From: Raja brachyura | Lineage: Eukaryota | DNA: 64,000 nt | Assembly: GCA_963514005.1 (NCBI GenBank) | Contig: OY740811.1 | Span: forward strand, 5,890,001-5,954,000 | Direction: 5' to 3' | Part shown: positions 50,381-63,257 of the stretch, piece by piece | How the letters are laid out: every line of letters starts with the position of its first letter | How positions within the stretch are numbered: the stretch's first letter is position 1 | Made by a program: the position numbers and the translations under genes | The notes under the pieces: generated by a model | Told to the model about the DNA's origin: nothing | Seen by the model: the letters and a program-made list of their open reading frames with translations, nothing else | Database searches by the model: none

Positions 50381-51159
50381 ACATTTTCCTGTAAAAGAAG
50401 TCTAATTATAGATATAATAATGATGAGTAGTTCTTGATCTTTAAAAATAAGGATTTATTATGCCAGTCTAACAATTGAGAGTGAGCCTTTCTATTTAATA
50501 ACGGTGAAAAAAAATATCCTTTTAATGTAATGTGCATTTACACGATAGCACCTATAGCAATAATGTTTTCTCAAAAAAATACACAGTTAACAACTTGTTT
50601 GAAACAATTTTCCCTGAGAAAGGCAAATTTCTTGGAATCGTTGTGTTCCAAAACACGATGGAATTCAAATTGTTGGCCATATTGATTTAATTGTGTAAGA
50701 TTATTCATGACATTTTTGCTGTTACATAGTGAGAAAATAAAAGTCAGATTCACAGCATTGCTCGGAGATTGAGGCCAATCTAGAAGGTCAAGCCAAGGAA
50801 TGGTTGAATATAAAAAACACCAAAACATTATTCACAGGGAAGCAGGGGGAATAATTACAATACTGTATCCGTGTTAAAGTCATCCTGAGGATGCTTCTCA
50901 AAACGAGTGGAGAACTTAGATCACAACCAAAAGCAGAAATATTGAAGTAAAAACTGAAAATGCTGAAAGCACTCACAGGCACATCTAATAAAATAAAAAC
51001 GGCTGTTCCTGATATTCTACTCTCTGGCTCAGTCCTGCTGTGCCAATGTTTTATATCATTTCTTTAGATTCTTACTTCTAAATCTGATGACCATGGTTTT
51101 AAGCACCCACTTCAGTTATTTTAAACACAGAATATCGTGAATGTGTAATTGTTGTAACT

Positions 51160-51470
51160 ACAGTGCTTTGGATGAGTTGTCAAACATGTCCTTTGAGGTA
51201 GATGTGAAAAATGTTTTGATATTATTTGAAGGAAACCAGGGGAGTTCTCTCGGACATCTCAATCAATATTTACCTCTTTGCCAACATAACTAAAACAGAT
51301 CATCTGGTCATTATAACACTGCTTTTTGCAGGAACAACCAGTGCACTAATTAGCCTGTACATTTTCTATATTATATCCATAATTATATTTTAAGAATACT
51401 TCATTAGCTGTGACGTGTTTTGGGATTAACTGAGGTTATAAAAACTACCCTAAAGCGGAAATTCTTTCAT
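51160..51470 (+). mobile_element. Deu-domain SINE (SacSINE1/AmnSINE1-like)
   Basis: CAGGGGAGTTCTCTCGG...AATATTTACC...CAACATAACTAAAACAGATCATCTGGTCATTATAACACTGCT...TACTTCATTAGCTGTGACGTGTTTTGGGA. Confidence 0.65.
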
Positions 51471-52257
51471 CTTAATGGTAAATGTTCCTCTCCTGCTGAC
51501 ATTTCGAACTTGGATTACTTTTTCCTTTCATCACTAGTATTAACAAAATTCATACACGTATTATTGGTGCAATCACAATTTGTGACCTTGTACATTTTAC
51601 TTCCGTTTAGAACCAGGGGCTTTCATGGACTTCAGCAAGTGGAAACAAGTTCACATGGACTTCAGCAAGTGTAAAGGTGTCTTTTTGGACACTTGTCTGT
51701 CAACTGAGTTGTTCAATGCTCAATAAACCAGGATGTGCATTTGCAATTTACATTTGTAAGATGAAATACTCATCCCAGTATGCGCCTGCTATACATAATG
51801 AAGAGTTAATCCTGCTTCTCTGCTATCTGTGAATTACCCTGTAGGTTATGGACTTCAAATGTTTAAATGTGTTGGTTGTTACCTCTGTCACCAATTCAGG
51901 CATTGAATTCTAGACCCCATCCATCTCTGGCTAAAAATACGTTATAACTTGCCTCAACTCCATCTCAATCTTTCTACCAATTACTTAATCAATTTCTTGT
52001 AATTATTGGCCTCTCCCACTAATGGGTAATAGTTCTGATTAGTTTATTTTCACCTGTACTGAGGTACAATGAAAAACTATTGTTGCGTGCTATCCGGTCG
52101 GTGGAAAGACTATGCATGGTGAGTTCACCCTGATAGCGACTACAATAATGTTATATACCTTGATTCATTCTCAGTTAAATTTCCTTCTTTTTAAAGACGA
52201 CTAACCCAGCCTCTCTAATCTGTCCTAAAAATACAAATTCTCCATTCCTGGAAGATT

Positions 52258-52440
52258 ATAACATCATAAGACAAAGGAGCAGAATTAGGCCATTTGGCCC
52301 ATCGAGTATGTTCCGCCATTCGATCATGGCTGATCTATTTTTTCCCTCTCAACCCCATTCTCCTGCCTTCTCCCTATAACTGTTGACACCTTTACTAATC
52401 AAGAACCATCAATCTTTGCTTGAAAAATACCCAAAGACCC
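52258..52440 (-). mobile_element. CR1 3' end; older CR1 and Rex pieces at about 51780-52255
   Basis: CATAAG...GGAGCAGAATTAGGCCATTTGGCCCATCGAGT...GATCATGGCTGATC. Confidence 0.75.
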
Positions 52441-53266
52441 AAAAGCGTACTCTATACATTTTTTAGTACTATCACTTCTTTCCTGTAGGGTGATCAGAAG
52501 TGTACCTGGTATAAATGCAGATTCATACAGTTCCAGTTTGACCTACCTTCTGTATATTCTACGTCTGAAGTCATTGTGGCTGGCAATAGTTAAAAGCAAG
52601 ACTGTGATCCATATTGGTTATTCAGCCTTGAAAGGGTTGTCATCAGCTCCTCCCCTCCACTGTACAGACCCCGCCTCCCCGAACCGTATCCGCCCTGTAA
52701 CACCCATTGAAATATGCTTGACAGTTTCTCATGTGTGCCCCTCTTTATTAGCTCATTGCATGGCTGATGCATATTTAAAGTCTTACAAGACCATCTTCCT
52801 TCACTTTAGCAGTTGCCCAGCAAGCTCCTGAATTGGTGTGAACAGTGATGAATACACAAATCAAATAAGAGAGTTTTTTGGCTGTGTAAATCTTCTCTTC
52901 ACATTATTAATTTAAAAAATCCATTATGCTGTCTCAGTATTGATATTATGATGATGAAAATGCCAGGCCTGGATGAGTCGGCTTCAGGGGAAAATCAGTA
53001 ATTCTTCGCTTGTCGACCGAAGATTGGTTTTGTCTGCAAATAACTGTTTTAAACAATTGCATTGAAAAGAGGCTCAAAACAATGGACTGCTGATGAGACC
53101 TGAATGACAGGACTCCCAGCTGAGGGTCTGAAGCCAATACTAGCAAGTGACAAAGTAAAAAATGAGAAGATGGTTCTCTGACTTACTGCACCTAATAACG
53201 CTAATGACGACATTGGGCTCATTGTCTATTGCATGCCTAATCTATTTGAAATCAATAGATAGAATA

Positions 53267-53515
53267 GCTACAAAATGCTGGAATAACTCAGCAGAACAGG
53301 TAGCATCTCTGGATAGAAAGAGTGGGTGACATTTCGGGTTGAGAACATTCTTCAGACTGAGTCAACTCCCTCTCCACTGGCTCTCAGTCTGAAGAAGGGT
53401 CTCAACCAGAAACGCCTCCTATTCCTCTATCCAGAGATGCTGCTTGTTCCGCTGAGTTACTCCAGCATTTTGTGTCTATCTTCGATGTAAACCAGCATCT
53501 GCAGTTCCTTCCAAC
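53267..53515. mobile_element. Fold-back PLE-derived element with two divergently oriented hammerhead-like motifs and TSD
   Basis: About 95-bp inverted arms; motifs at 53328-53355 (-) and 53389-53416 (+); TSD TCAATAGATAGAATA (53252-53266) / TCAATAGACAGAATA (53516-53530). Confidence 0.85.
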
Positions 53516-54387
53516 TCAATAGACAGAATATCAGCGAGCGGATATATGTGGCTGCCCCTCCGATATCAAAAATGCCTACACTGTTATATTTTTCTCCCTT
53601 TCCTTGCATATGCATTCCCTAGCGACCCAATTTCAAATGTATCAGCAGACATCTGGAGCTGGTTACTCAAGTGACCATCTATCATGCATGAGGTTATACC
53701 AGAAGAGATGAGCATACTGCTTCTATGATAGTTTAATTCATCCTACAGTATGCTTAAAATGATTGTATGTTCTGGAACGTTAAATAAATTCCCTAACCAC
53801 TGGTCTACCAGCCCAGAAGGATCATGGCCTTTAAATTACACTGCCTATTAATCCTTCTTTGAATAGTTACATTCATTCCGTGGTGATTTAAGATGGTCAT
53901 GTATGTTTAAAAACTTCAAAGGTCAATAAGATATTTGCTCTCGAGGTACAGAGCCTTGTGTCCAGAAGTTTTAATGCAATGTGTTTGTTTTAAGTTACCA
54001 AACATGGCAGTCTTGATATATGAGCAAAGTCAATATATTTGCACCATTTAAAAAGTTTGAAATGGAAAATTCTAAATCTGTGGGATAGTGGTTCAGGTGT
54101 AAAACAACCACGCTGCTATATCCTAGACGGCATCAAGCTTCAAGAATGATTTCAGAGCAACAATCAGGCAGTTCAGAGTATTCCATTATGCTCCTGACTT
54201 ATGCTTTGTACTCCTTTGAAAGACAGTCAATGGTATCTTCCAACACTTTAATGATGAATGAGGATCAGCAGGATTTAGCCTGTTTAAATTTATTCTGCTT
54301 TATGCAAACAGAACGCACATGAGCAATTTGATGTTTTGATAGATGCCTGTATTTCAATTGTACTAGAATAGCTAAGCTGGAGGCATA

Positions 54388-55400
54388 CAGCCTGCTTTCT
54401 GCAGAGACTCTATCCCTCCCTTCCTCCCAATTCCTCCGTCTACGCCGCATCTGCGCCCAAGATGAGGTGTTCCACACCAAGACATCCGAGATGTCCTCAT
54501 TCTTTCGGGAACGGGGGTACCCCTCTCCTATCACAGATGAGGCCCTCACTCGTGTTTCCTCTTTCCCCCGCAGATCCGCCCTTGCTCCCCCTCGCCCTAG
54601 ACGCGACAGAGACAGAGTCCCCCTAGTCCTTACCTTCCACCCCATCAGCTGTCAAATACAACACATAATCCTCCGAAATTTCCGCAACCTCCAATGGGAT
54701 CCATTCACTAGCCACATTTTCCCATCTCCACTCCTTTCCGCCTTCCACAGAGACCATTCCCTCCGCAACTCCCTGGTTAACTCTTCCCTTTCCACCCAAA
54801 CCACCCCCTCCCCAGGTACCTTCCCCTGCAACCTCATCTGTTGTATCCGTTGTTCAAGATCTGGACTCTTATTCATCGGTGAGATCAAACGTAGACTGGG
54901 TGAGCGTTTTGCGGAACACCTTCACTCAGTCCCCCTGGACCTGCCTGATCTCCCGGATGCCGGATGCTTTAATTCTCCTTCCCATTCTGACACTGACCTT
55001 TCTGTCCTCGGTCTCCTCCATTGTCAGAGTGAGGGTAAGTGCAAATTAGAGGAACAGCATCTCATATTTCACTTGGGCAGCTTACAGCCCAGTGGTAGGA
55101 ATATTGATTCATCTCACTTCAGGTAGCCCCGGCATTCCCTCTCTCTCTATCCCTCCCCACACTGGGTTCTAATTTTCTCCCTACAAACAGCGAACAATGA
55201 CCTGTTTCCTTTATCATTGTTACTTTTTTGCACATGTTTATTCATTGTTCTTTATCTCTCTGCATCATCGTCTATATCTCTTGTTTCCCTTATCTCTAAC
55301 CAGTCTGAAGAAGGGTCTCGACCTGAAACGCCACCCATTCCTTCTCTCCAGTGATTCCACCTGTCCCGCTGAGTTACTCCAGCTATTTGTGTCTATATTC
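54388..55400 (+). mobile_element. 5'-truncated Penelope-like element: RT thumb/linker, GIY-YIG endonuclease, 3' UTR with hammerhead motif
   Basis: ORF to 55126: SQFLRLRRICAQD..F...RERGYP...VPLVLTFHP...NLICCIRCSRSGLLFIGEIKRRLGERFAEHL...LEEQHLIF.LGSLQPSG.N; motif CTGAAGAAGGGTCTCGACCTGAAACGCC at 55305-55332; TSD AAGCTGGAGGCATA (54374-54387) / AAGCTAGAGGCATA (55401-55414). Confidence 0.9.
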
Positions 55401-56329
55401 AAGCTAGAGGCATAGCTGTTCTGGATTGCACATGTCACAACCAGGATGTCTGGTCTCAAAGCCCTTGTGGTATCCAGTACATTCACGTGGAGTGACTCAA
55501 ATTGGCCGAATGCTAGTTTGTGTGGTAGCTGGATTATCGATTTGGCATCTCTGACTTAATATGATTGTGAATATAAATGCTGATGGGTCTGTAGTGTTAA
55601 TGAAATAGGCTGTAGTGCAGAGAATATAGTTACGTATTTTGCACCAGTAACATAATATGAGATAATTGACCAGACTGCTTGTTATTGACTGAGAGAATCG
55701 CATTGATTAGAATGCCTCTGCACTTCTTCAGTGTTATCAGATAGTTAAGATTTATTCAGATTGGCAAATGGCTTTCAGGGCAACACCTCATGTCAACTCT
55801 ACCAATTCCACTCTCTCAATTCAATATTTATATGTTCAATCCAGATTAAGAGATAATTAAGGGACAAATGTTCTGTTAACCAAGACAAACTGACAAGCCT
55901 TTTAGTAACAAGACAATATTCTCAAACTTGTTTTTAGATAATCCACGACATCACCCTTCCCTGTCTCCAACACTTCCTCCAGCATAATCGCACCTTCAAT
56001 TCCCAAGAAAAGAAGTGCTTGTAGTCAAGCTTGTAGTCCAGTTGACGAGGCAATTCTGGATTTGGTATTGTGTAACGAACGGGATTTGATTAGGGAGCTT
56101 CAAAGGTTTCAAAGGTCTTTTATTATCACGTGTACCAATTAAGGTACAGTGATATTCGAATTACCATACAGTCATACTAAACAAAAGCTATAAGACACAC
56201 AACTAAATAAAAGCTCACGTTAACATCCACCACAGCAGATTCCCCACATTCCTCACTGTGATGGAAGGCAATGAAGTTTAATATTCATCCCACTTTATTG
56301 TTAAAGGTAAAAGAGAGGGAAACTATGAT

Positions 56330-56948
56330 AATCAGATGTATTACTGTTGAGTAAAGGTGACTACAGGGGCATGAGGGAGGAGCTGGCTAACGTTGAGTGG
56401 AAAGCAACCCGAGCAGGAATGCTTGGCAAGTGAAATCAAAGACAGGATAAAACTAAAAGAGAAGGCATATTATGTTGCAAAGATTATTAGTAATCAAAGT
56501 ATTGGGAGGCTTTTAAAAACCAACAGGTAAGCTAGCCAATAATATAAAAGAGGATAACAAAAGCTTCTTCAGATATATAAAGAGTTAGAGAGAAGCAAGA
56601 TTGGACATTGGACATTGGAAAATGGCTGGAGAAGTAGTAATAGGAGAATAAAGAAATGAATTGAAGACGTTTTTACATCAGTCTTCACAGTGGAAGATAC
56701 CAGCAATGTGCCTGAAGTCCAAGCTGTCTGTGTGAAGTTTGCACGTTCTCCGTGTGGCCGCATGGGTTTCTTGCGGGTGCTTCTTTTTCCTCCCACATCC
56801 CAAAGATGTACGGGTTTGTAGGTTAATTGCCCATAGTGTATAGGGAGAGGATGATAAAGTGGGATCACATAAAACAAGGGTAATCAATACTTGGCATGGA
56901 CTCGATGGGCCTAAGGGTCTAATTCCATGCTGTATCTCTAAACTAAAT
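56330..56948 (+). mobile_element. CR1 internal fragment (about 56330-56720) followed by a 5'-truncated HE1-like SINE (56724-56948)
   Basis: AAAGGTGACTACAGGGGCATGAGGGAGGAGCTGGC, TCAGTCTTCACAGTGGAAGA; then GCTGTCTGTGTGAAGTTTGCACGTTCTCC...GTATCTCTAAACTAAA. Confidence 0.7.
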
Positions 56949-58555
56949 AGGTCCCTTCAGAGATGGATATTTCATCTTTAAGGGAATACTTACGGAGTAT
57001 TGTTTTCAAGTGCTTCAAGCTAAATAATTTGTGCTGGGACAATAGGACTGTTCTAAGATAGCCACTAGAAACTACAGAGGCTGAAGGGAAGAGAAAGCAG
57101 GGTGTGAGGGAAAGAGTGTATTTAGTATGAGGGCAGGTACATTTAGTGAAAGTCATGTTGTGAAAGCAAGAGAGAAATGGAGTGTAAAAAGATGGTAAGC
57201 AGAAGGTAGGAAAGAGCAGGTAAAGGGAGATGACAAGAGAATGAAAGACTCAGGAAATGAGATAGATAACAAGAGAGGTTCAAAGTGAATGGTGGGAAGG
57301 ATAAGGAGAGCTATTTTCTGTCAAGCTCATTTACAGGTTGAGTGCATGCGTGAATAACTGGTTGAATTATAGAAAAAATCATGGACATGCATTAAAGAAA
57401 GAGTGAGAGGAAAAGAGAAAAACTAGCATGAAAGCATCTGTTATAGATAATATAGAGACCTCGGATGTCACCACTGGTTCTGAATTGTGTAATTGCATAC
57501 TAACAGTTGAAGGGTAATTAATTGTGAGAGGCAGTGACAAGTTTGCCATGATAAAGATGTATTTTTACCACAATAAACAGCTAATAGAAGAAGATTAACT
57601 TCATGAGTAAAGACCCAGGCCCCAGCTGTGCTCCTGTGGTTTCAGGGAATGTTACATCACATGCCGCTGAACTGCAAAGGACTCATCGGTTGATGAAAAA
57701 TGACGTGAAGCAAAATGATGATATTTGAAACATTAAAAATACCAATAGTTATAGACCCAGGAGCAGGGTTTGATAATTGGTGCTAAAGCATAATCAATAG
57801 TCTGACACGACACTGCCCTTGGCTGATGACAAAGAGGAACCTCCCTGCATCCATCAACAGAAATGCAAGTGTCTTATTCTGTCCAACTGGAAAAAAATAA
57901 CCCCTTTATAACTGCAGTCTTTCCATTTTAAACAAAATTTAAATTTAGGAATTATGTACAATTAAAATGTTTACTACTCTGATCCCTTCAATATTACTGT
58001 TCACCTTCCTGCGAAGGTCCTAATGTCATGGGGATACAATAATCCAGGTCTCTGGTTAATCTTTGTTTTCCTGAAATGTGAGACTAATTGTAAACAGAAT
58101 CTTTTTATAATTTTTATTCATAATTCATTTTCAGGAAATAGGTACTGCTGGTAAGGTCAAATTTATCGAATCCTTCTTTAATTATGCTAAATCAGTTCAA
58201 AATAATTGAGTACTTTGTAAAATCAATTAATGGGATAACTTAGCCATATTGATATGAGACCAGACTAGGTAAGGACGACAAACTTCCTGTCCTAAAGTTC
58301 ATATTGATCCAAATCGGGTAGGAAAAAGAGAACTTCACAAATATTATTTGCCTAAAATTGGAGAATAACCTGACATTGCCTGAACAGTATGCCAGTTTTT
58401 TGATGTATTCCTCAAAACATCATTGGAGATCTTAATGAAAGGTGTATTAATACAATGCTAGTTTTCCTGTAATTTTATTTAATGCACATAATAAAGTGTG
58501 AGGCAGCCAAATGTCATACCAACAGTAGTATCATAAAATTGCCTCAGTACATTTT

Positions 58556-58795
58556 AGAATCATACTCATACAGCATGGAAACAGGCCCTTTGGCCAACAT
58601 GCCCACGCCAACCAACAAGTCCCATGCACACTAGTCCCACTTGCTTGTGTTTGGCCCATATCCTTCTAAACCTATTGTATCCATGGTCACAGGGAAAACA
58701 TGCAAACTCCACACGGAAAGCACCCATATTCATGATGGAATCCGGACCTTGGGCGCTGTGAGGCAGCAACTCTGCCACTGCACCATTGTGCTGTC
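58556..58795 (-). mobile_element. Chimeric element: SINE tRNA head fused to a CR1 3' end
   Basis: Minus strand: SINE head to GTGACCATGGA, then directly CR1 3' UTR TACAATAGGTTTAGAAGGATATGGGCCAAAC...GGGCCTGTTTCCATGCTGTATG. Confidence 0.6.
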
Positions 58796-59404
58796 CTGTT
58801 TGTCGAAGGCATAGGGAATTAAGATCAGTTGTGAGATTTATACATAGTGTTGGCGGATTTATCTGTATAACACTATGCTTAAAGTTATAGTGTTGGTTTC
58901 AGACCTGTGTTCTTTCTATATTTATTGCTAGTAAGCGTATCATCCAGTGTTTAGCTTCACAAGTTCCATCTGTGCAGCCAGACATATCTCAATAAAAAGC
59001 AACACACTTCCAGCTGAGACAGAGTCCTGGCATTGTACAGTTTGGCAAATAAATAGCCGGATTGTGGCCACGGCAAATGAAAACTTCACCAGTTGGTGAA
59101 TTCTGTGCATTGCAAACCCATGAATCATTCAGGGATATTTCAGGCCAGCAAATGACAACTCTTCAAATAAAGTTAGGAACCAACATTTCATGAAATTTTA
59201 AAAATGAAATGGCACCGTATTTATTTTCTTTAAATCTAGCCAATTCTTAAATTGTCCAGCAGGATTTTTGGAGTTGTGCACAGGAATCTCTTAGCAGAGT
59301 GATGGGATTTTCATCTGATAAAGTGAAAAGCCAACAGTCAAGATGATTGTACAATTGACATCCTATCCAATGCTCTGAACCATCCTTTTATGTCTATTGG
59401 TTGA

Positions 59405-59830
59405 ATTTTGTTTATTGTCAAGTGTATCGAGGTACAGTGAAAAGCTTTTGTTGTGTGTTAACCAGTCAATGGAAAGACAAAACATGATTGATTAAAATCG
59501 AGCCATCTACAGTGTACAGATACATGATAAAGGGAACAATGTGAATACTGTTTAGTGCAAGATAAAGCCAGCAACGTTTGATCAAAGATAGCCCAAGAAT
59601 CTCCAATTAGGTACATAGCAGTTCAGGACTGCTCTCCAGTTGCGGTAGGAAGTGTGTTTTTATACTTCAACAACTTTTGCCCAATGGGAGAGGGGAGAAG
59701 AGGTAGTGGCCAGGGTGCAATTCATCCTTGATTATACTGGTGGCCTTGCCAAGTCAGCGTAGGTACAAATGGAGTGAATGGGAGAGAGGTTGGTTTGTGT
59801 GATGGTCTGGACTGCGTCCACAGTTCTCAG
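59405..59830 (-). mobile_element. Rex1/Babar-like LINE 3' fragment
   Basis: TTTATTGTCAAGTGTATCGAGGTACAGTGAAAAGCTTTTGTTG (also at about 52050); TCCTTGATTATACTGGTGGCCTTGCC, GGTTTGTGTGATGGTCTGG. Confidence 0.55.
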
Positions 59831-60906
59831 TTATGATTACTATCAACAAAATTAATTGCTTTAACTCGCCAAGGTTTCCGTGACAGCACTTCCCAAATCT
59901 CCACCAAACAAAGACAACACTACTTTTGACATAAATATTTTTCCATGCCCCACTATTGCTGGGGTCCAGTATCAAGATGTCTTACCCAACAGCGCTGTGG
60001 GTGTTTCTTCACTATAGGAACATAGCTCCCCACCATATTTTCCAAGCACAATTCTCATGTTACTTTCCCTGTTACTGATCAACTCAGTTTCCACTTGGTC
60101 GCAATTAATGAATACAAAACCAAACCAATGTCAAATATGACAGTTATATATCAAATGCTGACAAAAAAAACAACTGATTACTTGCTGTACATGCTAAACT
60201 TGTACTTGCTAATCTTCTATGTGCTTTTGTTTCTCAGAAACACTGCCACCCCATGATGATGTAAAGCCAGCTGATGGCAGTGGAGAATGATGATGATGGC
60301 CCTGGTTGATAGATTATTAGCAAAGGCCACAAGAGATTGCATGGTCAGAAGATCTTCCACGGCAGATACTTGATTCCTCTCTAAATTACTCAGATGTTGG
60401 GCGGGTTCTGCTGTTGCTGCAATGAAAGCCGAGATATCGACAATGGGATACTGCTTTAAGGTTGAGCCTGTAAGTGTTAAAATAAAGTTGGCTTCCATTT
60501 CCACATTGACAGGGATAGGTTTAAACTACACAGAAAGCCTTATTCAAGATTGGACATTTGAAACCTCACGATATTTCAATTTCCACACATTTTTCAGGGA
60601 GACTTTCTAAAGTACAAGAGCCTCATTTTGTATACTCATTAGTGTTTATGTGGAGGTGACCCAATCATCACCCTATGGACCACAACTTGTTTGCTATCTT
60701 CCCACTGGAGAGTGAGCTAGCCTCTCTCCTGCCCAACATTTCCCTCTGGCCGCTGTGAACCAGTAGTTGTGGCAAATCAAATGCCATGCTCTTCAGTTTT
60801 TTGTCGCTGAACATCTGTCATCCGACCAGTTGAGATTTCTTGATTATCTTTTAAGAAGAACGACCAAAGGTCAGGCTATGCTGGACGTGGGGGGGGGGGG
60901 TGGAAT

Positions 60907-61709
60907 GACAATAGACAATTGGTGCAGTAGGCCATTCAGCTCTTCGAGCCAGCACTGCCATACAATGTGATCATGGCTAATCATCCCCAATCAATACCCC
61001 GTTCCTGCCTGCTCCCCACATCCCCTGACTCCGCTATCTTTCAGAGCCCTATCTAGCTCTCTCTTGAAAGTATCCAGAGAACCGCCCTCCACCGCCCTCT
61101 GAGGCAGAGAATTCCACATGCTGACAACTCTCTGTGTGAAAAAGTGTTTCCTCATCTCCATTCTAAATGGCTTACCCCTTATTCTTAAACTGTGGCCCCT
61201 GGTTCAGGACTCCGCCAACATCGGGAACATGTTTCCTGCCTCTAACGTGTCCAAACCCATAATAATCTTATATGTTTCAATAAGATCTCCTCTCACCCTT
61301 CTAAATTCCAGAGTATACAAGCCCAGCCGCTCCATTCTCTCAGCATATGACAGTCCCGCCATCCTGGGAATTAACCTTGTAAACCTATGCTGCACTCCCT
61401 CAATAGCAAGAATGTCCTTCCTCAAATTAGGGGACCAAAACTGCACACAATAATCCAGCTGTGGTCTCACTAGGGCCCTGTACAACTGCAGAAGGACCTC
61501 TTTGCTCCTATACTCAACTCCTCTTGTTATGAAGGCCAACATGCCATTAGCTTTCTTCTCTGCTTGCTGTACCTGCATGCTTACTTTCAGATCCTGTGGT
61601 ACTTCCTCTTTTCCCAACTTGACACCATTTAGATAATAATCTGCCTTCCTGTTTTTGCTACCAAAGTGGATAACCTCACATTTATCTGCATTAAACTGTA
61701 TCTGCCATG
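60907..61709 (-). mobile_element. CR1 LINE 3' fragment with (CTATTGT)n tail
   Basis: ORF 61204-61617 KKANGMLAFITRGVEYRSKEVLLQLYRALVRPQLDYCVQFWSP...RGDLIETYKI. Confidence 0.92.
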
Positions 61710-61789
61710 ACAGGTAGAATGACAGTTAATGTGATTGCATGAACTATCTGTAGCTTGCAAATGAGAACAGATTATAGAACAAAGCCTCA

Positions 61790-62363
61790 AGGGCCTGTCC
61801 TACCAGCATCCATGCGATGAGCGCGATCAAACTAGAAGCGGGGGCCGCGCGGAGGTCGGGTGATCCCTGTACAGGGCCGTTCCCACCAGCATGCGCCTGC
61901 ATGCGGCAAGTGCGACCAAACTGGTAGCGAGGGCCGTGCGAAGGCCGGGTGAGTGGCGCATCGTGGCGCAAAGTGAGGCGAACTTGGAGCGAAGTCTTAA
62001 AGGTAAGTTCGCCAGGACAGAGAGGGGCACACAGAGAGGGGCACAGAGGCACACACACACACAGAGGGCCACGGAGCCACACACATAGAGGGTCACGGAG
62101 GCACCTACAGAGAGGGTCACGGAGGCACGACGTCGAGACGGTGTGTACTGCGTTGAGGCGACTGCGAGCCGACAAGCCGTTGCCGCGCAGAATTTTTGAA
62201 CAGTCAGTCTTTCGGAGCCCCGCGCGGTGTCGGGACGAACTCCGTACAATTCCGCACGGCTCCGGCGATCGAAGTGGGACCGGCCCCGCGACGCCGGACG
62301 GCTCAATCGACCACGTTAGATCGCACTCATCGCATAGAGTTGCATGCTGGTGAGACAGCCCCT
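61790..62363. mobile_element. CpG-rich MITE, copy 3
   Basis: TCA-AGGGCCTGTCCTACCAGCAT...ATGCTGGTGAGACAGCCCCT-TAA; colinear with 14004-14581. Confidence 0.88.
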
Positions 62364-63257
62364 TAAGTATGTGTGAAGGAGGTTTAGGCATGGGCAGCGG
62401 ATTCTGCACCACCACAAATCATGGGCTCAGCATCAATAATTGCAGCACCCTGTCCTTGAGTGAGTTGAGCCATTGGGACTGTATCTGTTCCCTGCTGGAC
62501 TTATCCTAGTGTTAGAGAGAGCTATGTGTTTCAGTGTAAACGTTCTTCAATTACCTAAATATTGTAGCAATCCAATGCCAACGTCTGTTTTGGTTGTGTG
62601 GCTGACGATGAATATTTCAAGCCTTAGGCTAAGGGCGTAACTGAAGTGTTGCACATTTCATTTTCTAATTATGGCACATGACACCTGAAAGGAGGTGACT
62701 AACATGTAAGTGTCTGTTGCCAGTGGAAGAGTCAATAACCTTTGCATGGGCTGTATTCCAGGCAGTAAGAGAGTGATGGGGGGGTGAATCATGACTGCAG
62801 TGTTTGGAGTGAAATCAAAGAGTCACTATCAGGGATTTTGGAGCAATGGCCAGAATGAGATTAGGGTCTGGATCTGACTCTTGGGAGCAGGAGCGTAAAG
62901 AGCAGGATCCTTCGAGACCTGAGCCTTGGAAAGTATTATCAGTGGAATCAGTGCTCAGATCAAAGTGGTTAGTGGGCATTCATTGCCATATTGTACCAAT
63001 GAATGGTTGCTCTATATCTTGTTCTAATATCCACCATAATGCTTCTACAGAATGATATTTCCTTTGAGTATCTCTCACTGGAATCGCACTAGGATGTGCC
63101 AAAGTCACAGTTGCCCAGCTGAAATTCTTGTGACACCAAATGCCCCAGAAATAGGAATGATTACATTTCATTCCAGGAAAATTCGAATTTCAATTGTGTT
63201 ATATTGTAAAAAAGCAAATTAAACAATTCAATTTCCACACGATCCTGTATGAATAAC

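Noticed and set aside
51624-51671. 18-bp direct repeat CATGGACTTCAGCAAGTG
   Set aside because: Only two copies around a 12-bp spacer; a local duplication with no further structure.
53089-53135. CTGATGAGACC...GGTCTGAAG as a stand-alone hammerhead
   Set aside because: The second box is GAAG rather than GAAA, is out of register with stem II, and has no NUH or stem III.
61744-62415. Long overlapping ORFs (up to 223 aa) here and at 13943-14584 and 2224-2822
   Set aside because: They arise from GC-rich, stop-poor MITE sequence; no transposase motifs and frames differ between copies.
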